Of a stretch of 64,000 nucleotides of DNA, positions 63,721 through 64,000 are shown piece after piece (the stretch's first letter is position 1; each line of letters begins with the position of its first letter). Made by a program: the position numbers and the translations under genes. The notes under the pieces were generated by a model that was given only the letters and a program-made list of their open reading frames with translations, was not told the origin of the DNA and made no database searches. The DNA comes from Eukaryota sp. TZLM1-RC (lineage: Eukaryota > Protista > Metamonada: BaSk clade): the NCBI GenBank assembly GCA_040285825.1, contig JAUPSS010000002.1, positions 3,038,001 through 3,102,000 on the forward strand, given 5' to 3'.

Positions 63721-64000
63721 AATTCATTTTATCATCTTATAAAACCATTCGAGCAACCGTCAACTCAATGGTTAAACATTCAAATGTGATACTCAAATTG
63801 AGAGAAACTGCTTCAAAATTTCAACAATTGCGAATTCACACCACTTGTTGCTTAAAGCTGTATTTACAGTCCCGATTTGAACGTAATTTAGTACTACCAC
63901 AAATATCTACCAAATTAAATGAATCATTAATGGCCAGAAGTCGTTATTCTTCAGTTGAGTATTATGGGCAAAAAATGGTAAAGCCAAAAAGTGCATTTCC

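Noticed and set aside
54950-64000. Polinton/Maverick (integrase + protease + PolB)
   Set aside because: The integrase is gypsy-type with GPY and chromodomain-like tail and is separated by other TE debris. No ATPase, capsid, polymerase palm or long TIR is seen.
1-64000. Fanzor/TnpB or another RNA-guided nuclease as TE cargo
   Set aside because: I saw no RuvC plus zinc-finger ORF in any element; bounded elements contain only their transposase or RT remnants.

Overview
AT-rich eukaryotic (protist-like) DNA in the standard genetic code, dominated by nested and mostly decayed transposable elements. A compact island of four intact host genes lies at 32.8-40.6 kb: a coiled-coil protein, a NEK kinase with a 31-nt intron, a bacterial-like class I SAM methyltransferase, and a PIWI-clade Argonaute with an RG-rich N-terminus, a 28-nt intron and an intact DEDH tetrad. 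A secreted hypothetical protein and a stop-interrupted BTB/POZ gene lie at 25.6-28.7 kb. Elements with resolvable ends: pogo/Tigger (1-2084; 50731-52360), MULE (4878-7009, 9-bp TSD; a deleted MULE at 29236-32722), hAT (17236-19126 and 55781-58088 with 8-bp TSDs; 10885-12806 with one end), a Ty3/gypsy-type element with 82-bp LTRs (8715-15316), a related gag-only element with a 98-bp LTR (52377-53399), and CRE-like RT+RLE non-LTR retrotransposons (29270-32240; 44075-45239; several fragments). A ~2.5-kb block occurs twice, each copy carrying a different insertion. The least explained region is 59.9-64 kb, where a decayed SENP8/Ulp1-like cysteine protease lies between two diverged PolB-type 3'-5' exonuclease domains with no polymerase domain visible. 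All calls come from manual reading and motif recognition; no database searches were run.
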